Source: the human T2T-CHM13v2.0 reference genome, Homo sapiens. Taken from it: 64,000 bases of DNA. Position numbers and translations under genes: made by a program. How positions within the stretch are numbered: position 1 is the first letter of the stretch; the number at the start of each line of letters is the position of its first letter. Positions 22,148 through 51,470 of the stretch are shown one piece after another. The notes beneath the pieces were generated by a model. It searched no databases. It saw nothing but the letters and a program-made list of their open reading frames with translations, and was not told the DNA's origin. Location: assembly GCF_009914755.1 (NCBI RefSeq), contig NC_060943.1; one strand, given 5' to 3'.

Positions 22148-23743
22148 TCAAGGCGCGGCGCGGCCCCCGTGCCGCTTCCGGTGCTCGTTGAGGTTGGAGC
22201 GTTGGCTGAAGGCGCGGCCGCAATCTCCGCACGCGTAGGGCCGCTCGCCCGTGTGCGTGCGCAGGTGGCGCACCAGGCTGCAGTTGCGCACGAAGGCCTT
22301 GCCGCAGTCGCGGCAGATGTAGGGCTTCTCGCCCGAGTGCAGGCGCTCGTGCTGGCGCAGCTCGGAGCAGCCGCGGAAGGTCTTTCCGCACTCGGAGCAG
22401 CCATAGGGCCGCTCGCCGGTGTGCGCGCGCTGGTGTTGCACCAGGCCCGAGCGGCCCTTGAAGGCCTTTTCGCACAGTGGGCACGCGTAGGGCTTGGCGC
22501 TGCTGTGAGTGCGCTGGTGCCGGCTCAGGTTCGAGCGCTGGTTGAAGGCCTTGCCGCACTCGGGGCACGCGTAGGGCTTCTCGCCGGTGTGCACGCGCCG
22601 GTGCTCCACGAGGTGCGAGAACAGCCCGAAGGCCTTGGCGCAGTCGGCGCACTCGTACGGCTTCTCCCCGGCTCCCGACCCCCGTCGGGGACTCCGCTCG
22701 CTGTAGTCCCCGCAGGGCGGGCACCCCAGCCGGAAGGCGCGCCGCGCCAGGACGGGGCCACGCCGGTGGCGCTCGGCCGAGTGCGTCTTCTGGTGGCGGT
22801 ACAGGCCGGAGCAGCGCACGAAGGCCTTGCCGCACTCGGCGCACTCGTAGGGCCGCTCGCCCGTGTGGATGCGCTGGTGCTGCAGCAGGCTGGAGGTGCG
22901 CGTGAAGGCCTTGCCGCACTCGTCGCAAGCGTACAGTCGCTGGGCCGGGGGGTCGGGGACAATAGGGCGAGGTCGCGAGGTTTGGCCGCACTCAGGACAC
23001 ACTGGGGGGCTCTTGCCCGTCTGCTGCTGCTGGTTGGGGCGGAAGCGCTTCCCGCACCGGGCACACGGACGGGGCTCCTCCGTCGCCTGCAGCCTCTCCT
23101 GGGGGATCCGCAGGGCCCTCCACGCAAAGGCCTCGCCGCACGCGCAAGCCCGGGGCTGCTCCACCAAGGGGTTCCTCCCGCGGGAGGTCGGCTTTGGGGT
23201 CCTCGGGCAGGTCGGAGCGCCAGTCCCTGGTTGGCACGGCCAACAGTCCGTGTGGACCTCACACAGTTGAGTCCGGGGGTGGTTCTGGATCCGCTCCGGA
23301 CAGGGGTCACACACGGGTGGCGTCTCCCCAGCGGGCGCCCCGCGATGCCACGCCAGGCAGGAGTTCCTGCTGCAGTCCCCGCCACGCGCTGGGCTCCTAC
23401 AGGGGCCCTCCCGGGCTTGCAGCCCCTCGGGGATAACCAGCTCAGGGTTCTGAGAAGAGGTGGGGCCGCACGGCTCCCGCACGAGGGGTCTGGTCCCGGC
23501 GCTGTGCCGGGTCCCCGGGCCGGGGCTCACCCCGAGGCTGCAGCCCCGGGAGCCCCCGCCTGGGGGAGTCGTCCTACCGCCCGCCGCTCCACGCAGGTCC
23601 CCCTTTTGAGTGGGGCGGCTCCCAGCTCGGTCCTCTTCGAGGGGCCTCGGCTCCTCGGGCCTCTTCTCCCGGGCCCCGGAGGCACCCTGGGCATCGGCCT
23701 TGGGGAGTCCTCCCTGCCCAGCCTTCTGGGCTGGAGCCTCCAT
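22148..23743 (-). CDS. ZNF837: Zinc finger protein 837, 531 aa, 8 intact C2H2 fingers plus degenerate ones
   Basis: ATG at 23743 ([12 protein letters not shown]) to HGGRAAP*; acceptor ctcttccag| with exon start at 23772. Confidence 0.95.
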   Translation of the reverse strand: MEAPAQKAGQGGLPKADAQGASGAREKRPEEPRPLEEDRAGSRPTQKGDLRGAAGGRTTPPGGGSRGCSLGVSPGPGTRHSAGTRPLVREPCGPTSSQNPELVIPEGLQAREGPCRSPARGGDCSRNSCLAWHRGAPAGETPPVCDPCPERIQNHPRTQLCEVHTDCWPCQPGTGAPTCPRTPKPTSRGRNPLVEQPRACACGEAFAWRALRIPQERLQATEEPRPCARCGKRFRPNQQQQTGKSPPVCPECGQTSRPRPIVPDPPAQRLYACDECGKAFTRTSSLLQHQRIHTGERPYECAECGKAFVRCSGLYRHQKTHSAERHRRGPVLARRAFRLGCPPCGDYSERSPRRGSGAGEKPYECADCAKAFGLFSHLVEHRRVHTGEKPYACPECGKAFNQRSNLSRHQRTHSSAKPYACPLCEKAFKGRSGLVQHQRAHTGERPYGCSECGKTFRGCSELRQHERLHSGEKPYICRDCGKAFVRNCSLVRHLRTHTGERPYACGDCGRAFSQRSNLNEHRKRHGGRAAP

Positions 23744-24229
23744 CCTGGGGCGCAGAGTTCTGGTTGTAGGATCTGGAAGAGCAGAGAAGAAATGGAGGTT
23801 GGCGGTTCCCAGGAGGAGAGAAGTGGAGAACTGGGCCAACGAGCGACCACCCCACAGCTGGCACCTACTGGGCGGCCCCCAGCTCTCTGCAGATGCGAAA
23901 GGGTAAATGGAGTGACATAGGCAGCCCGTCCTGCCCCTCTTCAAATTGTCACCACCCAGACCCCAGAGAACAGCTTCCCAGGCTCTGCCTGCCCGCCATC
24001 ACCGTTCCTCCCCAACACTAGCTCCTAAAACACTGTGCCCCTGGCTAAGGCCCTCCCTGGTCCCCCTTCCCCAAGCAACAGGGACTCCCCCGTTGCTCAG
24101 CTGCCAGCTCCCCAAAATCTCACTTACTCCTGCCCTCCGTTTCTCAGTGGCAAGCCGACACTCCGGGTCCTCCTGGCTCCATTCACTGCCATTGTCCATG
24201 TCTTCTGAGAGGTGTGAGGTGAGACTCAC

Positions 24230-24339
24230 CTGACAGCTGAGAGCCTGGCCGGGAGATCCACGCTGCAGAGGCCAATGCTGGACTTCCCCTCCCCTCTTCA
24301 ACCAGGTAACGGTGGTGCTCTCAAGGCTGGCAGCCTCAT
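24230..24339 (-). other. ZNF837: ZNF837 internal 5' exon (110 nt), degenerate KRAB-B-like
   Basis: ttttgtag|ATGAGG...TGTCAG|GTGAGT; one frame reads DEAASLESTTVTWLKRGGEVQHWPLQ. Confidence 0.65.
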
Positions 24340-24469
24340 CTACAAAATGGGTATGATAACGGTAAGTATAACCAGCTGAGTAGGGAGACAGGCAGCCCAG
24401 ATCATTCAAGCAAGTGTGAACATTAGCAACGCCTGGCGCCTGCTATTACTATTTTAAAATTACACTGTG

Positions 24470-32040
<7,571 letters not shown>

Positions 32041-33039
32041 CAAAGAAAACTCTTCATTAGAAACTGAACATGCTCGCTGGGAATGATATTCAGGGCACAG
32101 GGCAATTCCTTACAGGGGCACACACCCAAGGGCACTGCTGCCACCACATGGGAAGTTGTGACGGGAGGGAGGAGACTGAGGGCAGGACACAAGACATGGA
32201 GACACACATTCTGGTCTGTCTGACCATGGAGCTCTGTCCACACCCAGGCTGCCTGCTGGCTCCCAACCACCACACACAGTATCTGGCGTTTCTCACAGGT
32301 GTCGGCTTCTCTCTCTCGAGTCCATCTGCTGGCCGTGGACCTGGCTATTCGGGGCAGGCCCATCCTGCCCACCTCCCCACACTCTCTCAAGCCTCTGTCT
32401 CTGAGCACTGCAGGTTTTGTAGTGTTCCCTCGTCTACCTCTGAGAGGCCAGGCTGACTGAAGAGCTCCTGAGAAAGCCACCAGGACCCACTGCTAAAGGG
32501 GTTGGTCCAGGGTCATTGCCAGGCTGGGATCTGAGGTCCCCACACATAGGGCAGGGAACTCCCCAGCCATAGACTCTGATGGGGGTACCAGTGTGGACTC
32601 CAGCCCTTTACACGGAGGAGGGAGCATGCCACTATGGATGCTGAGCAGCAGGAGGTCAGGGGCCCCGCTTTCACAATGTGCCATCCCAGAAGCCCCACAG
32701 CCAGGATCTGGACCTCTCTGACACAACTCCAGGTCACAGAGACCCAGATGTCAGGGATGGAGGGACTTGGGCACCTGCCTTGCTATTAGCTCCAAGGCTG
32801 CTGGCTTCATGTCACAGTCTGTACAACAGCTGGTGGCATGAGCAGGGCTAGGACCAGCACTCAGCATGACTTCCTAGAACTCTAGGGACTTAGGGGCTGA
32901 GGACTTCCCAGGGTGAAAGACCATACCTGGGACAGCCTGGCCAAACAGGGACAATTGATCACCATGGAATCAGTGGACAGGCCCAAGAATGGATGGGCAC
33001 ATGAGGTCACCCAGGATCAGGCAGGTTCCACTGAAGGAG

Positions 33040-33460
33040 GCTGCAAAAGATATATCCAATGTCCTAACCCCGGAACTCTCAGAATGTGACCTTATTAGGT
33101 CTTTGCAGACATAATTAAGGATCTTGTGATGAGATCACCCTGAATAACCTGGGTGTGCCCTAATTCCAATGACAGGTGTCCTTATGAAGGAGGCAAAGGG
33201 AGTTCTGACACGGAGAAGAGTGGTCCATGTGAAGATGGAGGCTGATATTGGAGTGATGCAGCCACACTCCAAGGAACACCCGGAGCCGCCAGAAGCCGGA
33301 AGAGGCAAGGAAAGACCCCCACCCAGAGCCGTCAGAGAGCACAGTACTGCTGACACCTTGATTTCAGACTTCTGGCTTCCAGGACTGTGAGAGTAAATTT
33401 CTGTTGTTTTAAACTGCCCAGTTTGTGGTAGTGTGTTATAGCAGCCACAGAAACTAATAG
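33040..33460 (+). mobile_element. MLT1-type LTR
   Basis: gaatgtgaccttatt...gacaccttgatttcagacttctggcttccaggactgtgagagtaaatttctgttgttttaa...acagaaactaata. Confidence 0.85.
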
Positions 33461-34180
33461 AGACTGGTCTAGCACCCTCGACAGAATGTGTGTGTTGTAA
33501 GGGGCTCTCCTGATCCCTAGTGATGGGGAGTCAGAGGACTGCTTAGTGTCTGAACAGAGGGTTGGGGAAGCTGGGTTGTCCTGAAGAACCAGCAGTCCCC
33601 ACTTGGCAGAAAGGGACCCTGAACTTGTGGGAGGTGGGGGCTGAGGGGCACCTGCTAGCCATGTGCTAACAGCATCTTCGGATTGGTCCCCAGATGCCCT
33701 GCTCCCAGGGGTGGCTCCTCTGCTGCAACAAGAACCTGCCTCCCAGCACCAGACACAGCAGGTGGGAGCTGTGGACCATGGCCGAGTCTCTTCGTCTCCT
33801 TGATCTGCTCCCAGGATGCACTGTCCAACTATCCCACCTGTAGGTGGGTGGCATTCCAGCCATGGACCCATGATCTGAGGCTGAGCACAGCAAACACAAT
33901 CGAGGCTCTGGGTCCCAGGTCCCAGGAGCCCGTCCTTGATGGTGCATTACAGCTCTCCCAGGCTGTTCTTACAGTGACCTCCCACCTGCCCCAGGTGAGC
34001 ATGCTTGCACCTGGGTGCTCGCCCAGCCTTTCTAGTTGTCCTTAGGGCTTCTGGTGTTGGGAACAGGATGCAGAGTTACCAATTTAGGGGGACTGAGAGG
34101 TTAACGTGGCCAAGGCTGAGCCCTGCAGAACTGCAGAGCAACAGCACACACAGGAAAGCTAGTGAGGTTCAACATCCTCA

Positions 34181-34551
<371 letters not shown>

Positions 34552-34899
34552 CTAGCCCCTATGTCCAATTCTACACTGTGCACGCAATGGGAAGAACAGT
34601 GCATCATGCACTGTACAGCAGAAGAAATGTCCTCTGAGTGCAGGCACAGCTCCCTTCTGTGTCTGTCCTCCCGACAGTGCCTCCACCCTCAAGGATTAGC
34701 AAGCTTCAACCCTCGCAGGACATCCACTGTGTCAGGGCCAAACGGTGCTGCATCCTGCTCTAATAGTGAGTGAAGGAGGGGACCGCAGACAAGAAGAAAT
34801 GAACAAGAGACCGTTTAAGAGAGAAAAAGACGTGAAGAACATCAGACAGGGAGCAGCGCGAGGGCGCCAGGGAGGGAGGCAGCGGATTCTTCGGGCCTC

Positions 34900-35880
34900 T
34901 GTGAAGAGGGGGCATGAAACCGGTCTGCAGACAAGGAAAGAGCAAAGTGCAAAGGCCAGGATGCGGGGGCAGAGACGGTAGGGAGGCCGGCGTCGGCCTC
35001 GGCTAGCAGGTGGGCTTGACTCCGAGAGCCGCAGGCCGCCAGGATGGGTCCCGGGCCTGGAGCCTCCCCTCGCGGGCTTCAATGACACCCAGCACGGAAA
35101 CGCGGGGGCCAGAACTACAGAAGCCCGTCCCGCCCGGAACTCAAGGTCGCGAGTGCTGTGTGGCCGGTCCGGACCCGGAGCGCGAGGACCGGAAGTGCGC
35201 GGCGTCACGCCTCTGCCCCGGACCCCGCGCGCGGAGGTGGAGAGGGGACTGGGGTGGTGGCCGCGCTATGCGCCGGGAGGTCCCCGCCTCGCAGGCCGAG
35301 GTTGCGGGTCCGCGCAGAATGCCACTTACTCTCTGGAGGCGGCCCGCACGGGTCCCCTGGTCCCCGCCCCGCATGCAGCGCGGAGCCGTCCTCCCGCCAC
35401 CTCCGGGCCGCCGCGGCACTGAGGGACCCGGGCCACAGCAAGCGCAGGCGGGAACCCGCGCGGGGACTGCTGGGAAACGTAGTCCCGTCATGTCCCGCTT
35501 TGACGCTGCGGAGAAAGCGGTGTAGGGAGAGGCTTGGGCTTCGGTTGTCATAGAAACAGAGGCCGGCTACACCTAAAAGGCGGGGCGTGGACCTAAGTCG
35601 TCGCCAAAGAAACGGCGTTCTGGACGGGGACGTAGGGTCCCGCCCATTCCTTCTCGTGAAAGCGGGTGACTGGTCATGATTATGATTGATAGCCCCCTCT
35701 CCCAATCTGATTTCTAAGAGGTCCCAACCCGGAACCGACTTGCGGTTCGCAGGCTCCCCTCGGGTGGGAGAGTTGGGCTGGGAAGCACCTGGGGAGCTCT
35801 GAAGTGTCTTGGTGAGCGCGTTGCGAGTCAGACCGATAACATCAGAATCTGGGACTGGGCCCGAGCATATGCGCGTCAAA
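34900..35880 (-). promoter_or_regulatory. ZNF837: ZNF837 CpG-island promoter and exon 1 (donor after 35330)
   Basis: - strand donor AGA|GTAAGT (acttac 35324-35329); ZNF143-type TGGGAAACGTAGT 35471-35483; ETS CCGGAAGT 35189-35196. Confidence 0.75.
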
Positions 35881-36965
35881 ACTCCTCAGTTAAGTCTATT
35901 TTTTTGTATTTTTTTTGGTTTGCTTTTTTGAGACGGGGTCTCGCTCTGTCGCCCAGGCTAATGCAGTGACACCATCACGGTTCACTGCAGCCTCGACCTC
36001 CTGAGCTCAAGCGATCCTCCTACTTCAGCCTCCAGAGTAGCTGTTAACAGGGGCGCGCGCCACCACGCCCGGCTAATTTTCTTTCTTCTCTCCCTCCCCC
36101 TCCTTCTCCCCCTCCCTTCCTCCTCCCACTATGTCGCCCAGGCTGGTCTCGAACTCCTGTACTGAAGCGACCCTCCCACCTCACCCTCCCGAATAGCTGG
36201 GACTATAGGTGGGAGCCACCATGCCTGGATAGTTTTTTTATTTTTATTTATTTATTTATTTTAGAGATAGGGTCTCCATATGTTGCCCAGACTGGTCTGG
36301 AACTCCTGGGCTCAAGCGATCCTCGTGTCTCAGCCTTCCAGAGTGCTGGGAGTACAGGCTTGAGCCACTGCGCCAGGCCCCTAGTCCGGCTCCTAGTTGA
36401 TTCTAACACGTGCGGCCCCATTGGGGAACCACAGCCTCCCCAGCCCCTTTGGGTGTTGCTGACTCTACGGGCCCTCCCAGGTAGGATGAACTGGTCACGC
36501 CTCCTACCCATTTGTAACCCCCAGCTCTTGCCCCCATCTATTGTGTGGCTCCTGCCCTCAATAGGGACATCTAATTTTGTTGGCCAGTCCAGCACATATA
36601 TTGCATGTAACGACCCAGTTTGCCCCACCTTTCTGCCTCCACTGCATCTGCTTCAGGGATGCTGGGACTGTTCCACTCCCTTTCTCCATCCTTTGGGTGT
36701 CTGCACATCGAAAGCCTTGTCAGGAGGTCTATCTCCCTGCCCAAGTACAAAACTCAGGGCTTACCAAGCTAATTGAGGGCGAGCAGGAGGCTGAAGGGCA
36801 CTTGGAGGGCTGCCCGCCTTGTGGGTCCCTTGGTGGCTGAAGAGAGTTGCACAGGAAGGCCTTGACAATTGTCACAGAGAAAGGAGTGCAGCTGCTGGCT
36901 CTGTGTGGGTGTGCAGATGTCTGACAGGTTCAGCCACTGGCCCCAATTGGGACACAAGTGGGATT

Positions 36966-37262
36966 TCTTTTTTTTTTTCTTTTTTGAGACAGTCTTGCTC
37001 TGTTGCCCAGGCTGGAGTGCAGTGGCCGCGATCTCAGCTCACTGCAACTTCCGCCTCCCAGGTTCAAGCAGTTCTCTGCCTCAGCCTCCCGAGTAGCTGG
37101 GATTATAGGTGCCCACGACCTCGCCCGGCTAATTTTTGTATTTTTAGTAGAGATGGGGTTTCACCATCTTGGCCAGGCTGGTCTTGAATTCCTGACCTCA
37201 TGATCCACCCGCCTCGGCCTCACAAAGTGCTGGGATTCAGGCATGAGCCACTGCACCCGGCC
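36966..37262 (-). mobile_element. Alu inserted into the ZNF837-like relic, TSD GACACAAGT(G/A)GGATTTCT
   Basis: TSD at 36951-36968 and 37264-37281. Confidence 0.92.
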
Positions 37263-38129
37263 TGACACAAGTAGGATTTCTCACACCTGTGGATGCACTG
37301 CTACTGGAGGAGTCTTGAGCCTATGTGGAAGAACTTCCCACTCCCAGGCACAGAAAGGGCCTCCCTCTGGAGTGAAGATTCTGGTGGTACCACAGGCCTG
37401 GCCACCACACAAAGGCCTTGTCCCTGCAGGGCTGGCATGGGGTGACTGGCAGCCCTGGAGTGGAGTTTGAAGCACCAATGAAAGGCCTAACCACTTGGCA
37501 GGCACAGGTGCGGGGGACTTGTCTGGAGGGGACCGGCTATGGGGGCTGTGACAGTCTGTAGGCTTTCTTCACTTCTACACAAGCCTGTTGTCTAAGTGGA
37601 CCCTGCAGGGTTCATGCAGGGGCAGCACCAGAGAAGCATCTTGTGACAATGGTTACACAGGAGCGATTTCAGGAATGAGACTGAATCAGGCAAGGACCTG
37701 GAGAGGAAGCTCCAGTGGGGCTCCCACCCAAGGGGTCCAACTTTACCAATCCCACAGGTCCCCAGTCTGGGGCTCATTCTATGTCTGTAGGCCTGGGACC
37801 CTGCACCCAGGAGAGTTGTCCTGCTACCGGCCATCCCTCCGCAGAGGTCCCCCTCTGGCTCTATGCTGTCTTCAGCAAAGGGCCTCTGCTCCATTTCACA
37901 CCTCTCCTGAGGGCCTGGGGTAGCTTACTGCGAAGCAGCCTCAGGGAATAGAGGCTTCAGCAGGGCATCTTGGCCCCCAACACAGAATCCTGGTTGTAGG
38001 ATCTGGAAGAACAGAGGAGAAATGGAAGTTGGCAGTTCCCAGGAGGGGAGAAGGTGCTGGTGAGCCACGAAAGCAAACCCCAGTGGCTGAAGCATCCTGG
38101 ATGACTCGGCCACATTTCCTTAAGAATCT

Positions 38130-39156
<1,027 letters not shown>

Positions 39157-40749
39157 CTAACAGTAAGACTGTGGCTGGTAGGGTGGACAGGCAAAGTGAC
39201 TGCCTGGAGAGTGGGCAGGTGGCCCAGCAGGGCCCAGAGGGTGCCTTCCCAGAAGTGAGGAGTCCAGTCTGGGGCCGGCCACTCAGGATGGACACAATGT
39301 ACCAGAAGTGAGGTAGATCTCTGCAGAGTCTCTGGGGTCCTCATCCAGTCTGAAGAACACAGCACCAGCAGCCCTAGATCTATGAGGTCAGACTCTGCAT
39401 CTTATCCTAGCACCTTGGGGACCTGGGGAGGCTGGACCACCCTGGACCTGGTGGCGGGGGTGGGGGGTGCATGAGTCTCGGCTCTGCAGTATTCACCACG
39501 CCACACTTGAGGGCACCTGCCCTCTGCAGCACGATGAGTCATTCTCATGAGGTCTGTAAAGATGTCCATTATCAAATGACCATGGTAGCCAGGCCACAGG
39601 GTTCACATTGACGTTGCCTCATTGCATTCTCATTTCCACACTGAAGGGGAAAACAGGTTCAGAGGGGTGGGCTCACTGTCCTGATGAGTGCTGCCTGTTT
39701 TCTCCCACCCTCCCTACAACCAGCACCCCCATGCCCCTCACTCAAGACCAGGGAGAAGCCCACCTAGCCCCTCCTGCAACCACACAGACCCCAGTGGGAG
39801 CCCCAAGGCTGCTACTCTGCACAGGATGGAGGGCAGGGGTAAAGGCCATTAGGCGGTGGCAGTAGGCCGTGCCCCTCACCAGAGGCTGAGGTCTGACCCC
39901 TTGACCAGCCCAGCTTCAGGGCATGTGTCCTTTCATGAGCTGTGACTGACCACAGTCCAAGGGCCCACTGTGGGGAGTCCTCAGCATATTTGGACAGAAA
40001 CGCCCCAGAATTGGGGTAAGAAGAGCCTTTACAGTCAGGCAGTGAAGAAACACAGCTGCTGGGCACCTGCTATGTGCACGCCTCAGGGATGGGAGTAGGG
40101 GGCAGGCCCAGCCCTGGGACCTGGGTCAGGTGGCTGGGCCCTTCGGATCCCGAGTTGGAGGGATAACCCCTTGGAGGCAGAGATGGGCATCAGAGACAGG
40201 GCGGCCCCAGGTGGTCCTGGAGTCGCCTCGTAAAGGTTATGTCTATGCCTGCTGCAGGCAGAGACACAGTCAAAGTAGTTGCTACCTCTGGAAAGTCCCA
40301 GTTCTGCTCATGAGCCTAGATCTAAGAGGCTGGGACAGGCAGAGGGGTATGAAGGGGTCATGGGCAGGCAGACTGTCCACACTGGCTGCCAGGGTGGCCA
40401 AGTGAGTAGAGTGAGCTGGGGCACTCACTACCGTGCCAACCCCACGCACGGATGAGGACCCCGGGTCGAAGGCCCACATCCTCAATCCCACGCAATAGTT
40501 CAGGCCCTGTGAGAGGGTTCGCTGTCTGCTCCCAGCCAGGGCTGAGCTGTTCAGAGGCCCTACCTGTTCAGAGGCAGCTGGGGGAAGGGACAGAAGTTGG
40601 GGGGCAGGGGATTGTGTGCTGGCGGGAATAATCTCCTTCATCTCATGGCTAAATCTTCCATCCCTCCTTTCAACCTTTGGCCAGAAACCTACGTTTCTGA
40701 CCCTTGGAGAGGTCGGCCAGTTCAAGAGGCACCCCTGAGAGCCACGTCT

Positions 40750-41729
40750 GCAGACACGAGGGCCTCGTGACGTGAGCCCTGAGGGCAGGGGGCTGCAACC
40801 CCTCGCGCGGGCTCCCCGGCCGTGGAGGACACAAGGACAAACACGAAGGGTCCCCGACCTGCCGACCCCCTCCTCCCGGACACCGCGCGTAGCCTGTAGG
40901 CTACCTCCGCGCTCCACCCAGAGACGGGTCGCGCTGCTCCCGCCGCCGCAACCCCGGGCCCTCGTGCCGGCGGTCTCCCCTCTTCCACGGGCGAGATTAC
41001 TGCATAGCAGAGGTGAAGGGCGCGGAGGCTGTGGGGGAACCCAGCGTGGTATGGCAGGAAAGGTCGAGCAGGGAAACAGGCCCAGCCAGAGGCTCGGGAT
41101 CCGGGGCTCGCGAGCGTGGTGCTCCTGGGCCGGGCGGTGGGGGAGGGGCCGCGTGTGGCAGGCACATGCGCACGGCAACCTGGACCTGCGGAGGGCGGCG
41201 GTGACCACTGGGCCTTACTCCGCTAACCCAGGTCCGCATCAGGCGCGTGCCGGTGAGGCGGCTGTGGCCGCGGCGAGGAGTCAGAGGGAACTGAACTGGC
41301 TACTCCCGCGGCAGGTGGGATTTAAGGTCAGCAGCTGAACAAAGAAGCGAGCGCTGGCCAGACTTTTTTCTTTATTAGACATGGCTGCGTTGGTCTCACG
41401 GAAATCTCTGCGCTTTTGCAGGCGCCCACAAGACAGGGCAACTACGGGGTAGCGGACATCCGCCAGGCACGCTTCTAGGGCCGCTTCTGCAACTGCGCAT
41501 GCGCTTGGGCTGCACCCATTCCGTCTAGCCCAAAAGGTTCCTCTACAACCTTCCTCCGGATTGGTCTATAGGGACACGATGGCCTTTTACGCAAGCGTCA
41601 CCCGTGCTGACCCGGAAGTTTTCTTCCCAGTTAAAAGTGTTGGCCCGCGGCGCGCGGCCTCTTCCTGTCTGTACCAGGGCGGCGCGTGGTCTACGCCGAG
41701 TGACAGAGACGCTCAGGCTGTGTTCTCAG
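40750..41729 (+). promoter_or_regulatory. RPS5: RPS5 CpG-island promoter, TCT/5'TOP start and non-coding exon 1 (41659-41729)
   Basis: NRF1 TGCGCATGCGC 41494-41504; GABP CCGGAAGT 41612-41619; polypyrimidine start CTCTTCCT at 41659; donor CAG|GTGAGA at 41730. Confidence 0.88.
41160..41248 (-). ncRNA. MIR4754: microRNA 4754 precursor (mature 41217-41239)
   Basis: Reverse complement AUGCGGACCUGGGUUAGCGGAGU matches the miR-4754 sequence as remembered; GCGGACCTG/GCAGGTCC partial stem. Confidence 0.8.
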
Positions 41730-42485
41730 GTGAGACCGCCGCGGGGCCGGGGATCCTAGGGACGGTTCATGGTCTTTCGGGGATAGTGCCCCGCGGCCTG
41801 GGCCTTTTCTCATTAGGTCTCATTTCTGTCTCTGGAAAAGAAAATGTAGAAGAAACGGGCGCTGGCCGAGTTACTCTTGACTTCTTTCTGGTGCTCCGCC
41901 GCTTCTAGCTTTTCCCCATAGCGGGGCTTGGGGAACTTGGTTTGAACTATGCGGTTGTACTCTGAGATAGGAAGTTTCCATTTCTGAGGGACACGATGCC
42001 CTCTTTTGCTCTGTGTAACTTTCCCCCCGTAATAGCAGCCCCTAGAGCCTTCATACTGTCGGTCAAGAATCGAAACCTTTGGGTTGATTGTGCCACACAG
42101 TACCTACCGTGGTCCTTGATGTCATATAACGGTCCCGCCTCACGGCCAAAGAAACAGTCCGAGACGGAACGTTGACTTGGGTCAAAGACCATGTAAATCG
42201 CGAGATTGTGGTTTGAATTACAGCCCATGCAGTGTGAGGACGTATGGCATCTGCTGAGCCATTATACCTTGGTCCCAGTGCAGCAGCTGTTGACTGGTGG
42301 CTGCCAAGTCTTGGGCCCAGGGGTTCTAGGTGAAAGACAGATGCTTCTTGCTGACAGCTGAGTAATTTTTCTAGTGCTTGAAAACACGTTCACGGCCTTT
42401 CTTGGTCCTTTGCGACCCCCCAGTTCATCACTAGATGGCGGCTAGCCTCAGAGTTGGGAATGAGTGCGCCTTTGCTCCATGCTAG

Positions 42486-49141
<6,656 letters not shown>

Positions 49142-49159
49142 TTTTCCCAGCTGCTGCCC

Positions 49160-49165
49160 AATAAA
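49160..49165 (+). terminator. RPS5: RPS5 poly(A) signal AATAAA
   Basis: AATAAA starts 19 nt after the stop codon. Confidence 0.9.
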
Positions 49166-50096
49166 CCTGTCTGCCCTTTGGGGCAGTCCCAGCCACCTGT
49201 GCTGTTGTCTGTCTTCGGTGGGGGGATGTGGGTGGCATAGCCCTGGTGGCCTTGGGAGCTGCTCACCTTCCTGACCTGTTGGCCTGTGGGGACCTGGAAG
49301 TATTGCTGACTCAGAACCATGGCACCCCAGGGCTAGCAGGTGGGGCACTGGATGCAGGCCAGGCTGCCTGGAGTGTCCCAGCAGGTACTGGAAATGAGAT
49401 GGGGTTATCCATAACTTCTGAGGGCGTGGCACATGAGATGTTGCTGTGGTCTGGGTGGATGGGTGGCTTGGGTGCCTGTGAGGTCTGGGTAGTCACAAGA
49501 CCATCCTGAGAGGCTTGTCACCTTGAAGTAGCACTGGGGAGAGGAGGAAAGCTCAGCTGTTTAGGGCACACGATTTCAGACCCCTAGCTTCACCCCCCTC
49601 TTGGAGTGTGGGGTGGTTTCACACTGGCGAGGTTGTGCTCCTGGTTACCTCCCCGGCTACACTGGTTGTGGCTGCACCCTGGGCCTGCACACCCAGTTTC
49701 TGTGGGCTGTACGGGTTCCCTTCTGCCAGTGTCCATGCAGTGTCATCAGGCTGCTGGGGACAGGTTGGGACCCACCCAGGGCCACAGGCTGGTGACTCTG
49801 GTAGAAGACTCATCAGGTTCTGAAGGGTGGGGTGGGCCCAAGCCCACCCACCGTGTGCCATCACCCTTCCACCGCCCCCAACATCTGGCCAAGACAGGCT
49901 TGGTGTTCATCCTGGTGGGGCTGGCCCAGGGGGCGGGGCAGGCAGTCAAACGGGTCCAGCGGGTACCTGGGACCTGGAGGGGTGGTGCCGGTTGAGCACC
50001 CTCCCCCTGGGAGGGTACTTTTGAGCCCAGCTGCTGGCAGGCCAGGAACAGACAGGGACACGCCACTGGCCAGAGGGAGGAGGCTTCCACAGGTAG

Positions 50097-51470
<1,374 letters not shown>

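Noticed and set aside
22059-23920. 601-aa antisense ORF and other frames over ZNF837
   Set aside because: Antisense shadow of a GC3-biased CDS
23744-23944. 598-aa N-terminally extended ZNF837 ORF
   Set aside because: Starts at a non-ATG codon and runs through the intron polypyrimidine tract and acceptor at 23772
32330-32500. Possible KRAB-A relic in ZNF837 intron 1
   Set aside because: Only scattered nucleotide resemblance; cannot be supported without a profile search
33700-33790. Possible second SCAN relic (LLCLVLGGRFL)
   Set aside because: Similarity is limited to a few hydrophobic residues
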